DNA from: Lophium mytilinum
Lineage: Eukaryota
DNA length: 64,000 nucleotides
Assembly: GCA_010093605.1 (NCBI GenBank)
Contig: MU004181.1
Location: 2,604,001 to 2,668,000, forward strand
Direction of reading: 5' to 3'
A program made the translations under genes and the position numbers. The notes under the pieces were generated by a model. It saw only the letters and a list, made by a program, of their open reading frames with translations. It ran no database searches and had not been told where the DNA came from. Below are positions 27,694 to 39,859 of the stretch, piece by piece; the first letter of the stretch is position 1; each line of letters begins with the position of its first letter.

Positions 27694-28639
27694 CACGCAA
27701 TCATCTTAAAAATAGTTTAAGAATGGCAACGAAGCCATCTCGACGTGGTTTGGACGGAGAGTATACTGATATTGATGGAAGAAGATGACGTTGCGACGGT
27801 TGGCCGATTCTTGGAAGACGGAAATATCAGCCTAAATCGCTCTCGGTCTAGCGTCAATATTTTCCGATCTCCCCGATGTCGGCTGCCCTTCCATTCCAGC
27901 CACATATAAAATTGCATTTATGTTTTCACAACATGGTTCAAATTTGCACGTCACTAGAGGCTTGTATGCGAAGTAAGAGCCTTGAGAACGTCAATAAGAC
28001 GTGATTTATTGAAATTGTATTTCGTGACATCGGTATTGCGCCTATGTATGTAATCAATCATTTTAGATACAAAGGTATCCCTGGATGGCAGAGAGGAGGG
28101 ACGGGAGGAATGTCATAGCTGTTAGAACTCGCTCGGATTGGAAGTACTCTTCAACATACGGAGTATTGACACGATGTCGATGCATCTGGAGTGCCGCTCT
28201 ATCCACAATACCCTGTCTGAGAATTCCATGCCCGCCATCTAGGTGGATCTAGATCTGCATATATAAGGCACAAAGCACTTCTAGCTAGCAGAACGCGGGT
28301 TATAGTGACAGCGAATCCAATGTAGGTACTGGAAGCACCGCACTGCCTAACTGTCGTCCAATAGCCAAGCAAGGGAGCGTGGGTCAACAGTCTCCTCGCT
28401 TTTTGATTGGTCGAAATTCACAGCTTTCAAGGAAGCAGAGACAAAGATTGCAGGAAATGGTAGAGCAGAGGAAACAATGCAGAGATGGATCAATTCTTGG
28501 TGCCTGACAACAATACTAAAGCATGGACACGCCGCAAAAAGCGGAAGTGGTTGGCGGCGGCACTTTAGGGAACATTTGCCGGCGTTGACATGACAAAAAA
28601 GCCTTTCAGGGCTGGAGAGACGCGTCCATGGTACAAGCT

Positions 28640-28646
28640 TGACTCA
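28640..28646 (+). promoter_or_regulatory. TGACTCA Gcn4/CpcA-type element upstream of C1-THF synthase
   Basis: Perfect heptamer about 70 bp upstream of the first ATG; function inferred from gene class only. Confidence 0.4.
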
Positions 28647-28714
28647 CAGAGGATAAAAAATATGGTGGGTCCCAGCATACGTCGTCCGACCGCTCAGCTC
28701 AATTGTCCACCACG

Positions 28715-31700
28715 ATGAGGATGCTGGTCTGCAGGTCCCTTGCCCTCTCCTCGCGAGGGGCAAGGCCGCGGTTATGCACTTTTTCTTCAGCGCCGCTCCG
28801 CCGTGAGACGCCGTCATCGCCCATCCCACTCTCCGCCGCCCACTGCGCCCGCGTACGACAATTTTCCAGCACGCTGCCCAGCATGACGGCCACCAAGATC
28901 GATGGCAAGGCCATTGCGCAGAGCATCCGGACGCGCCTGGGCGCTGAGATCCAGAAGCGCCAGGAGACCAATCCTAGGTACAAGCCGTCGTTGAGAATCA
29001 TGCAAGGTTTGTCTTCTTGTACCTTTTAGCATGGTGAATTTTTTGCTAACGAATTCGATTTAGTTGGGACCAGAGAGGATTCCAGTGAGTGCTGCGAGAT
29101 AAAAGCAGTATGATGAGTTCGTTGTTGACTCCCACAGGCACTTATGTGAAAATGAAACTGAAGGCTGCTGAAGAGGTTTGCTCTACGCCCCAAGACCCAA
29201 TCATCCAATACTGACCACAAGATCCAGGCCAACATCGAATGCAAGCTCGTCTCCTTCCCCGAAGAAACGAGCGAGGCAGAGCTCCTCCAGCAGCTCACCG
29301 AATTCAACAACGACCCCACCATACACGGCATCCTCGTCCAGCTTCCTCTCCCAAAACACATCTCCGAACACGCTATTACCTCAGCAGTTGCAGACGAGAA
29401 GGACGTAGATGGCTTCGGCATTGCAAACATCGGAGAGCTTGCGAAGCGCGGGGGCCACCCTCTGTTCACACCATGCACGCCGAAAGGTGTCATGGTGCTG
29501 CTAGAAGAGAGCGGAGTCGACGTCAAGGGAAAGAGCGCCGTGGTGCTTGGAAGAAGCGACATTGTTGGCAGCCCGGTCAGCTACCTGCTGAAAAATGCAG
29601 ACGCCACGGTCACGGTGTGCCATTCCCGGACCCAAAATCTAAAGGAGGTGGTGAAGCAGGCGGACATCGTGGTCGCGGCTATCGGACAACCAGAGCTTGT
29701 CAAAGGAGATTGGCTTAAGCCTGGAGCCGTGGTCATTGACGTTGGCACAAACTACATCAAAGACCCGTCGAAAAAGTCTGGCCAGCGGTGTGTCGGAGAC
29801 GTGGACTACCAGTCCGCTGTCGAGGTCGCCTCGCAAATCACTCCAGTTCCTGGAGGGGTTGGCCCAATGACAGTAGCCATGCTTCTCCAGAACGTCGTCA
29901 ACTCGACTGATGCGTACTTCGAAAGACAGAAGCAGCGTCACGTTACTGCATTGCCTTTGAAGCTCCTCGACCCGGTCCCCTCAGACATTGCGATCTCCCG
30001 AGCTCAACATCCCAAGTTCATCACAAACGTTGCCCATGAAATAGGCGTCTTGAATCACGAATTAGAGCCTTACGGTGCGTACAAAGCCAAGGTGGATCTC
30101 TCTCTTTTGAAGAGGCTTGAGCACCGCCAAAATGGACGCTACATTCTAATCGCCGGTATCACCCCAACACCCCTTGGCGAGGGCAAATCGACCACCACCG
30201 TTGGCCTTACACAAGCTCTATCAGCTCACCTGGATCGGCTAGCATTTGCAAATGTGCGACAGCCCAGTCAAGGTCCGACTTTCGGTATCAAAGGAGGTGC
30301 CGCTGGTGGAGGATACAGTCAAGTCATTCCCATGGACGAATTCAATCTCCATCTGACTGGCGACATTCATGCTATCACTGCCGCAAACAACCTGCTAGCT
30401 GCTGCTATCGAAACAAGAATGTTCCACGAGAACACGCAAAAAGATGCTGCGTTGTACAAGAGATTAGTCCCCACCAAGAAGGGGAAGAGGCAGTTTGCCA
30501 ACGTAATGTTCAGAAGACTGAAGAAGCTCGGCATAGAGAAGACAGACCCAAACAGCCTCACTGAAGACGAGATCCATCGATTCGCAAGGTTGGACATTGA
30601 TCCAGATACTATCACTTGGAGGCGCGTTCTGGACGTAAACGACAGACATCTGAGGGGAATCACTATTGGCCAAGCGTCGACAGAGAAGGGCCACACCCGA
30701 GAAACCGGATTCGACATCTCTGTGGCTAGCGAGTGCATGGCGGTGTTGGCCCTCAGCAACTCGTTGGCCGATATGCGAGAACGGCTTGGCCGCATGGTAG
30801 TCGCAAGCTCCCGGAGTGGTGATCCGGTGACTTGCGACGATATTGGTGCCGGTGGTGCACTCGCGGCTCTAATGAAAGATGCTATTAAGCCCAACCTCAT
30901 GCAGACACTTGAAGGGACGCCAGTGTTCGTTCACGCAGGTCCTTTCGCAAACATCAGCATCGGCGCATCTTCAGTACTAGCAGACAAGCTCGCTCTAAAG
31001 CTTGCTGGAACAGAGCCCGACGAAAACCATGAAGAGAAGACCGGCTTTGTTGTGACCGAGGCAGGTTTCGATTTCACCATGGGTGGTGAGCGTTTCTTCA
31101 ACATCAAGTGCCGTTCTTCTGGCCTTGTTCCCGACACTGTTGTCATTGTCGCGACCGTCCGCGCCCTCAAGGTCCACGGCGGAGGACCAGACATCGCACC
31201 TGGAGCGCAACTCCAAGAAGTCTACCGCACCGAGAACATTGACCTCCTCCGCAAGGGCTGTGTCAACCTCAAGAAGCACATAGAAAATGCCAGGCAATTT
31301 GGAATTCCCGTCGTGGTGGCTATAAACCGCTTCTCCACCGACACAGAAGCCGAGATCGCTGTCATCAAGGAAGAAGCCATCGCAGCCGGCGCTGAAGACG
31401 CTATCCCCGCAAACCACTGGGCAGAAGGTGGCAAAGGAGCCATCGACCTCGCCAAGGGAGTCATCGCTGCATCCTCCAAGCCCAAGGACTTCAAATTGCT
31501 CTATGATCTCGATGGCACTGTGCAAGAGCGCATCGAGAAGATCGGAAAGCTCATGTATGGCGCTGATAAGGTTGAATTCTCCGAGCTTGCGCAGAAGAAA
31601 GTCGACACATACGCCAAACAAGGCCTCAGCAACCTCCCCATCTGCATTGCAAAGACACAGTACTCCCTCTCACACGACCCAACGCTCAAAGGTGCGCCAA

Positions 31701-31864
31701 CTGGCTTCACTGTACCCATCCGCGACGTTCGCATGGCAGCTGGAGCGGGCTATCTGTATGCTCTCGCCGCTGATATCCAGACAATTCCTGGCTTGCCCAC
31801 TGCGCCGGGGTATCTGAACGTAGATTTAGACACGGAGACAGGCGAGATTGATGGGCTATTCTAG
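28715..31864 (+). CDS. ADE3: Trifunctional C1-tetrahydrofolate synthase (ADE3/MIS1 orthologue), three short 5' introns
   Basis: [50 protein letters not shown] (dehydrogenase/cyclohydrolase); [35 protein letters not shown] (FTHFS). Confidence 0.97.
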
Positions 31865-33754
31865 GGTCGAGGCAAGTGAAAGGTTTGACGGGTATCGGCA
31901 TTGAAACGCGCATTCAACTGCTTTCGCGGCTTCTTCAACATTAGCATGGGCGAATAGGGTATTGGGATACCCCACCTCCAGTACAGGAGGGTCAGCATAT
32001 ACCAGGAATGGGCATTTCCAAGCGCCAAGGGGCCTTCAACGGGCATGGCGCTGTAGTAACTAGGGACGAAAATGGGACGCGAGGATCAGACTTGTTGAAT
32101 AGAACAAACCACAAGCTTGCGTGGCTCGTCTACGTTTCGAAATGCAGTGAGGAACCCCCGGCAGTGGCAGATGGTGGACAAGAGATGCGTTGCGTCAACC
32201 CAACCAATCACAGCGGCTCCGCGGACGATGTTCTCGCTTCTGCCACCTCGCCATCTCCAACTTCTCTGCACTTCGCCCAGCTGCTCTGCCACTCCTTCAC
32301 TCGCCGCCGCCGCCTCCTGCGCCAGAACCTGTTCCTCGAATAGACACGTTACGGGAAGTCTTTTGACCACATGTTCTTTGATTGCGGCGTCTGCGGCGTC
32401 TGCAAAGCACGATCGCGGGTTCATGCACACCCGCTTCCCGTGAACGAGTGGTCCGGGATTGGTCTACCCATCTTTCTTCTTGCGAAATCCCCGGGAGTCA
32501 AAAGCGTTGCCAAGTTTCTAATCAGTTAAGTGCTGAGTCCTGTACCGTCAGACTCTTCTCGAAACTTTTCTTGCCTTGCACTCCAATGATCTTCATATAT
32601 TGTGTCTAAAGCATCATCCACGCTATACACAGTGCCACAATTGTGGCCCTTTTTCACTTTTCTTCCGTGACTGAGTTCCTCAGGCAACCAGACGTCACTC
32701 CAACATGCCTGATTTGCCACGGCTCGTGCCGTAATCGGGAGGCGTTCCCGCGGTCGCTTCGTTTCATGGCGGCCACATCCAATGAACGTGTTGTCGATCG
32801 AGCAGCGCCACCATACGCCGCTTCCATAGGCTGTTTCAACCTCCTACCCTCGCGACTGCCGGCCTCTTTGAGAAGACTATGATTGTTGTTACGTCGAGTG
32901 GTCTGTTTTTAGCTGGCAGATGGTACTCTTGCCAGCTTCCAAGGTCTGCGCCTCAACGTCACAAAATTGTTCCGGCTCTGGCCTTGTATAGACGAAGGGG
33001 CAACTGCGTCTTGCGGCGTAAGCAGTGAGAGCGCAAAAGGACGTCTCGAAGTTCTTGAGATGGAAATGTTTCAGCCTGACGGCATCGAACAACTTCGCTC
33101 AGGTATGTTTGAAAGTACCGGGGGCGAAACGAGTCTTCGTAAACACTGAATCACTTCTCAGTTGCGCACCTGACCTTAAGACATCGTTCATGTTTAGGAC
33201 AGCGGCTAGGTAGACAAGTCAGGATAGTCGTGGAAACGATTGCCTCGTTTTGCGGCGACTAGCACCTACCGTCTTCTGATCAGCACAAGGAACGTGTACC
33301 AACACTGAAGGAACAATGCTGCTACTCTCCATTTCGCACTTCACCTCCGACTGATGAGGCTGTGCATTGGGGAGTCGGCTCCTCCACGGATCCACAGAGT
33401 CATTGCGATACGAATGGGACCTTCGTTCGTCAGCCGAGGCCAAACACTATCTCCGCAGAACCGTCACCAACTTCATCCCTAGGAACAGCTAGCCTCACTG
33501 GCCTTCGCCGCGAGGCCTGGACCCTCACGAGCTGTCTGCGCCTCGAGGCGTGCTCGGAGGATGACCTCATGATTAGTCCAGTATTGATATAAGACAGGTG
33601 TACGGTTCCATCCGACTCCACTTCCGCTTGCCATCCATCTTCAGTTTCAATCTAGTTCCTTCGGCAAGCATCCGGCACAGCTTTGCCACTATTCTCATTT
33701 GTCGTCCAAGACTTCCAACCTGTCTTTAAAGGCCGGGCCTGCCCAACTCTCCCC

Positions 33755-34045
33755 ATGCCTCCCATATCTTCCATACCACCCTCACATACTCTATTTGCTT
33801 CACTTCTTCTCTTTCTCTTGCTCCTTACCAACATCACATTTGCAGCATCGCTGCATAGCTCGGCCGATCCAGCCGACGCCCCACGTGCTCGACAAGCAGC
33901 TTGCAACGCTCTTGGTGATTGCTCTCCTGTCAAGAAGAGGTCGTCCGTTGAAGCCCTCGACCATCTGCCATGGCGCCAGGCTCCACCCGCCACCAGAGGA
34001 GCCCCTCGAGGCAAGAAGAGACGCCGAAACGAGACCAGAGATTGA
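33755..34045 (+). CDS. Possible small secreted protein (96 aa), perhaps frameshifted
   Basis: Signal-peptide-like LFASLLLFLLLLTNITFA; basic RAR and KKR sites around a 2-Cys peptide. Confidence 0.35.
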   Translation: MPPISSIPPSHTLFASLLLFLLLLTNITFAASLHSSADPADAPRARQAACNALGDCSPVKKRSSVEALDHLPWRQAPPATRGAPRGKKRRRNETRD

Positions 34046-34407
34046 GGCATGTCAACGGCCTTGAAGATGAGATTCTAGTCATTGGAGTTGAGAGCGCCGA
34101 TGGGGGTTAGTCAATAATTCCTGTCTCTAACTTCCGTTTTTCATTCTAACAGCATCGTCAACACCTTCATTCTTCTCCCAGGTCTCATATATGCGTGTCA
34201 AATAGATCATTCAGGTCCCTACATACAATTTATCCTCCAGACGGAATCTTTCCTCTAAAGTAACGTTACATGACAGAGCTGACAACTAGCTCCACAGACT
34301 CTACTCCAACTACTCCTCACCCAACCCAACCACTTTCAATTCAACCTCAAACTCCCCACCTCCATCCAACCCCTCTCCACTACATTCCCCTGCCCACAAT
34401 CGAAACC

Positions 34408-34797
34408 ATGCTCACCTACCCCGCCGTACCTCAATCAGTCTACGATACCCTCGTCAGTGGCGAGGGACGGGTATCTGTTTCTCCCACACAACGCTCCCGT
34501 ACCGGCTCTAATTCCTCCAATTCATCCATTTCCTCTACGTCTTCTTCAAACACCTCCATGTACAGCTCTTCCGAGGCTAGCAGGGAGGACTGGTATGATT
34601 CTGTTGAGCAGACTGCTGCCTGGGGCCAGCCGGATGATGCGAGAGAGCTGCAGGGCAGCGTGATGTATGGTGCCGCAGGTACTGCTGTCAGTCCGAGAGC
34701 TATGCGCGCTGGGTATACCTTGGGCGGGTATTGGGGCAGGCCGCTGTCCAAGATTGAGGAGAGCGAAGATGAGGTGAAGGGGCAGGAGATACTGTAG
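34408..34797 (+). CDS. Small Ser-rich hypothetical protein
   Basis: ATG in good context (GAAACCATG) after a CT-rich leader; MLTYPAVPQSVYD...RPLSKIEESEDE; no family recognised. Confidence 0.55.
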   Translation: MLTYPAVPQSVYDTLVSGEGRVSVSPTQRSRTGSNSSNSSISSTSSSNTSMYSSSEASREDWYDSVEQTAAWGQPDDARELQGSVMYGAAGTAVSPRAMRAGYTLGGYWGRPLSKIEESEDEVKGQEIL

Positions 34798-35177
34798 AGG
34801 ATTGGTTCGACCTTTGTACTGGCGTATGGCTTCTCGTCAGCAACACTCGATACTGTACCTCAATTATTCATGCGTATTTTCGTGGCGCTTCATTCGTTTG
34901 CAGAGGGTCCTGGCTTTAGAATACGCAGAAATTAAAATGAAACCTCTCGTTCAACACTAGCTCACTTCGTAGAGATAGGGCCCCGTGGCTAAACTAGAAG
35001 GGTTGTTTGGTAACATCTCACATGCTTTGCTTTCCAGCTTTCTCAACATCTCCTTGCTCAGAGTTGGTCACGTGGCAGATCAAACGTCCCAAAACGGTCT
35101 AATCCTGGTCCATGTTGGAACCCTGACACCCATCCGCGCGAGCAATTTGACCTGCCGTCAATCTAGCCTGAGAGCCC

Positions 35178-35426
35178 CACAGTGGGCGAAGAAGCTCGTG
35201 TCATTAAGGCAACAACTTTTTGCCCCATTTTTCGTCAGGCACCAACACAACCAACCTCAAGAACACAGCAACCAACTCCAAATACTTGCAAAAAAGTAGC
35301 TGGCTGTGTTAAAGAATGCTGTCCCCAATAACTGCACCACTTTTTTGATGAAATTGATAGTGCTTTGATGGAAACCGGAGTTTCTGCCTTGGCGCCTTAA
35401 TGACACGAGCTTCTTCGCCCACTGTG
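35178..35426. mobile_element. 249-bp MITE with perfect 33-bp TIRs beginning CACAGTG; 4-bp GCCC direct repeats on both sides
   Basis: CACAGTGGGCGAAGAAGCTCGTGTCATTAAGGC at 35178-35210 and its exact reverse complement at 35394-35426; GCCC at 35174-35177 and 35427-35430. Confidence 0.85.
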
Positions 35427-36104
35427 GCCCCAAGTATCATAGACAGCGTACTACAACGACCTAGATGATAGCACGTGATGATGACAAAGCCCGGCAGAAA
35501 GGGTAAGAGATCGCCCGCGTATATAACATCCGCGATCACCCCGACTCTCGGGAACACACCCGCCTCCTATCCACCGCGTGACATCGCAACCTGAATGCGC
35601 AAGTATTGCCTCAAAGAATTACCCTAGGAGCGCCTACTCAAGCAGCAGCATTGAAGATGATAAGGGCTAGTTATCAGGCAATGTTCACATTTCTGGAGCT
35701 GACCGCCAACGGCCAATCCGAGGCAGTAATTCTCTATCAAAACTCATTTTCAAGAAGCTGCGATCTGTAGCTTCCGCTCCCGTGCACTTACGCATGCATG
35801 GTGTTCTAGAGGTGCTGGACCGAGGCCAAGTTTTCCCGTACCCACTACCCCAGCTTCTCCACACTTTCCCCACGCTTTACCTGTAAACGTCAAGATAAAA
35901 GGCTAGTACTACGCGTAAACATGGAGATGGCTGAAAATGGCCGGAGATCTACAGCCCTTAGGTAGCGCACGGGGTATAAACTCATAGATCCCCACACCTG
36001 TGCATCTTCCTTTGGACATACCTTCTTCTGCATCAAGTCTCATAATATCTCTCTCTTCCTCAATCCTTGTAGTCGTCACCACAAAGGGTACAAGAGTCGC
36101 CATC

Positions 36105-37768
36105 ATGGCGAGACTTACTGCGTACAACATCTGGATAGTCGCCTTCTGCTGTCTCGGTAGTTGGACTTACGGCTTTTCGTTTGCGGTCTTTGTTACTAGC
36201 ATTGGCCAGCCTGGCTTTTATGTGTACTTTGATCTCGATCGTAAGGCTCCTCGTTCTTTTCCCGTTCATTCTGCATCTTCAACGTTAAGTCGTGATAGAT
36301 CTCGGATACACTGACACCAATCCTTCATAGCTACCTCTTCGTACACCGCTTCAATCCTAGGCGCAGTCAACTCCCTTTTCGCATTCGGAGCTGCCGTTGG
36401 TGCTATATCCCAAGGATGGACCTCGAACTGGCTGGGTCGCAAGTGGAGTCTCTTCCTCGCGTCACTTCTTTGCGTTATCGGGGGCGCATTGACGGCGGGG
36501 AGCATAAATATTCCCATGATAATCTGCTGCCGTTTCATCCAAGGACTTGGACTGGGTCAGGTCATCTGTCTAACCCCGCTCTACGTGTCTGAAGTGAGCC
36601 CACCTAAGTCACGAGGTATCCTTCTGGGCATGTTGTAAGTGTATCCCAAGCTATTTCAAACCAGCCATGGACTGACCAATCTCCAAGCACAATCGGGATA
36701 GGCATCGGCTACAGCGTTTGCGCCTGGATTGGATTCGCAACTTATTACGCCAAGGACAAAACAGTCCAGTGGCGTACACCTCTCGCGCTGGCATGCCTGA
36801 CCCCAGCAATCATCTGCGCCGGCGTCTTCTTCATCCCCGAACCCCCCCGCTGGCTCGTCTACAAGCACCGCAAAGACGAAGCATGGACTATAATCCAACG
36901 CCTCCATCGCGATCCTACCGACGCCGCCGATCTTGCCGCCCACGCCGAGTACCTTCAAGTCGTCGAGCAAGTCGAATACGAGCGCCAGTTCAAGACTACA
37001 TACCTCGAGATGTTCCGCAACCCGGCGTGGCGCAAGCGCAGCCTGCTCGTCATGTTCCTTCTCTTCGCGGGCCAATCCACCGGCGTGCTAGGCATTGGCA
37101 ACTACATCGTCATCGTGTACCAGAACCTGGGTCTGACAGGCTCAATGCCGCTCCTGCTAAACGCCGTCTACACCTGCACCGGCACCTCCGTAACTGTCTT
37201 GTCGAGCTTCATCATGGACAAAGTCGGCCGCCGTCGTCTCTTCCTCATTGGCTTTCCACTCACCGGACTAGCCCTCCTCGCCGAGGCGCTCTTGACTCGG
37301 CAGTACGCGAAATCTGACAACAAAACGGGCAATGCCGCCGCCGTCTTCTTCCTCTTCTTCTATATTGTCGTCTACGATATCTTCATTGACCCACCGTCGT
37401 TCGTGTATGCTGCGGAGATCTGGCCCACGGCGATCAGACCAAAAGGCATCGCGCTCGCCTTCGCTGCGTACTTTGTCGGTGCGATCACATACACGACGCC
37501 TGCAGCTGTAGCGTTCAAGAACATTGGGTGGAAGTTCTACCTCGTGTGGATCGGGTGTAATGTCGTTAGCACGATTGTGATCTACTTCTATCTGCCCGAG
37601 AGCAAGGGGCGCAGTATGGAAGAAATGGGGGATCTCTTTGGGGACGTCGTGGTCGTCCATCTGGCGCAAGACGGGAAGGGGCTGGTCAAGGGAGACGTGG
37701 AGTTGCCAGTTCCCGTTAGCGAGAAGGAGGCTGTGATTATGGTTGAGAATCAGGCTGCGGACGTGTGA
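36105..37768 (+). CDS. MFS sugar porter family transporter (introns about 36241-36330 and 36635-36687)
   Basis: LGRK, PLYVSEVSPPKSRG, QWRTPL, PEPPRWL, DKVGRRRL, YAAEIWPTAIRPKG, LPESKGRSMEEM motifs. Confidence 0.93.
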
Positions 37769-38318
37769 GGCTCACCGGTGCTAACAAAGCATTCATTGGG
37801 GTATGCTTGCTATGCTGCTGTTTGGGACGGCTCGTTATCTTTTTCTCGAGAAGCTGGAAACAAGACGCGTGGTTGCGAGAATTTGTTGAATGCAGGTCAT
37901 AATCCAACAGACTTGTCTAACTTACCTGTATCTAAGCTCCTAGCGTTTCGTCGCCTGGTGCTGTTATACTGCGCGCCCGTCGTAATTATGACCACGTCTC
38001 CAATTAGGCCTGTGGCTCCCTGTTTTCATATGCATTTGCCTGTCAAGTATTGACACGTGATGCACAGCTTGGAAAGGAAGGTCTTGGTCTTACAAGGGTT
38101 TAAGCGAGGTGTAGAGCGCCGTGGATATAAAGTCGCCATATTTCGTTATCTTCCTTCACGCTACACCCACCTAAGCGAGCATATGCACGTGACCGGTAGC
38201 GGGACCAAAAGTCTGCGTAATTCCGTTGTAAAAGCGCATGCATCCAATCTATATCGGCAGCTAGCTGCTAAGACCTATCTCGCCCTCGAAGTGAATGAAG
38301 TATATACAAGAATATAGG

Positions 38319-38430
38319 TGTAAAAGTAGGGTATAAGCGAAAGTAAGAATGCGGGTAACCAGGACCCAAGTGTATGTAAAAGGTGGGTATAAGCGAATGG
38401 AAGAAAGGAAGGGTTCAATCAAGACCCAAG
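38319..38430. repeat. Two imperfect ~55-bp tandem copies downstream of the GH128 stop
   Basis: TGTAAAAG..GGGTATAAGCGAA...GACCCAAG occurs twice. Confidence 0.7.
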
Positions 38431-38482
38431 GATAGCACCAAGCCTCCCGAAAATTCCTCCAAGCCCTAGCTCACGCATATAA

Positions 38483-39415
38483 TCAATACGTGTTATAGAT
38501 CTGCCCCAGCGCCGACAACCCAGTGCCAGCATCGTTGACCAAGTTGCCCTTCGCGGTCATGAAGTAGGAGTACCACTGAATCCAGCTCGTCGAGTCCATC
38601 CAGGCCAAGACTTCCTGTAAGAATTGCTGTTTTTGAGCGTCTGTGCCAGACGTAGGTGCGAACTCGGTGACGTAGACTGGTCGGTTGCCTCCAGCGGCAT
38701 ACGCATCCGTCATGTGCTGCTTGAAGTAGGCAATGTTGGTCGCCGAGTCATACCAATGCACTACGATGAAATCTAGACGGCAGCCGGTGCACTGCGCGAT
38801 GAACTGCTTGAGCCACGGTAGGCCCATAACCGACCCTGTGGTCGCGTCTAGAACGCCATTCGTCACGCTCGGCGCGCCGATGCGGATGCCATTCCCGTAT
38901 TTGGCGGCGAGAGGCTGCATCCACTGCTTGTGTGCTGCGACAGCGCCCGCGACGTTCTGCATGCATGCGCCACCACCACCGCACTGGTCGGGCTCGTTGA
39001 AAGAAAAGGCGTGGCGAGACCCAGCGGCCCAGGCGGCGGCGAAGTTGGCGTTCCATTTGGAGGTTTCGGAGGCAGCGTTGGATTGGAGAATGGGGCAGTA
39101 AACGAGGTTTGAGTTGACGCCGCTGTATTTGGCCGAGTCCCAGTTCCACATCCAAGAGACCTTGGAACCACCGCCCGAGAAGAGCTTGGTCAGAGTGGGG
39201 TCGTTGTAGGCGAGGCCTCTCTTCTTGGGGACGGCTCGGCGCACAAGCTGCTCGACGGCAGGTTCCAATGTGTCGTTCGATTCGGGAGATGATAGAGCTG
39301 CTGCTCGCACTTCATGATGAGAGTGATGAGAGTGAGGCGAGAAAGCGATCGCTGGCGCTGCGCTAGCTAGGCTGAGGAGACCCAGGAAGGGTAGTAAGAT
39401 AAGGTGGGCAAGCAT
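38483..39415 (-). CDS. Secreted GH128 beta-1,3-glucanase (ASL1-like)
   Basis: Signal peptide; KRGLAY, SWMWNW, FNEPD, LDFIVVHWY, PVYVTEF motifs; intronless. Confidence 0.92.
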   Translation of the reverse strand: MLAHLILLPFLGLLSLASAAPAIAFSPHSHHSHHEVRAAALSSPESNDTLEPAVEQLVRRAVPKKRGLAYNDPTLTKLFSGGGSKVSWMWNWDSAKYSGVNSNLVYCPILQSNAASETSKWNANFAAAWAAGSRHAFSFNEPDQCGGGGACMQNVAGAVAAHKQWMQPLAAKYGNGIRIGAPSVTNGVLDATTGSVMGLPWLKQFIAQCTGCRLDFIVVHWYDSATNIAYFKQHMTDAYAAGGNRPVYVTEFAPTSGTDAQKQQFLQEVLAWMDSTSWIQWYSYFMTAKGNLVNDAGTGLSALGQIYNTY

Positions 39416-39859
39416 TTTGACGAGATCCAAAGTACGAAAATAAAAGGATAAAGGAATGAAGTTTGTATGTTAGTTTAAGGAGTGAAGGTTGTGCTAAGAT
39501 AAGGAGTGTAAGCGCAGCAGTGGAAAAGAGGTTCAAGCACATGAAAGCAGACCGGATACATGAAGAATCATATATCCCAACATGAATAGCTAGTGTCCTG
39601 CGGTTGAGTGCAGTATATCACGCTTGAAAGTACTTTCAACCAGTAGTACACGACAGTAATGCGCTGTCCCCACTGAATATGCAAGGCTCTTCTAGAGCAA
39701 GCTGACGGAAGATGATTCGGGAAGCGGAGCCACGACGCGTGGGAGACTACGGGCATGACCGCGGCTTGGGGCCGAGAACATGGCGTCAAAGCTGCATGAT
39801 GCCCTGGCACAATATCTGCCGAGTAGGATCCGACCAAGAAGCGCTGAGTGCGGAATCCA

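Noticed and set aside
19679..39415. Metabolic or biosynthetic gene cluster (trehalase, IDP1, C1-THF synthase, MFS, GH128)
   Set aside because: Unrelated primary-metabolism genes; no backbone enzyme or pathway-specific regulator.
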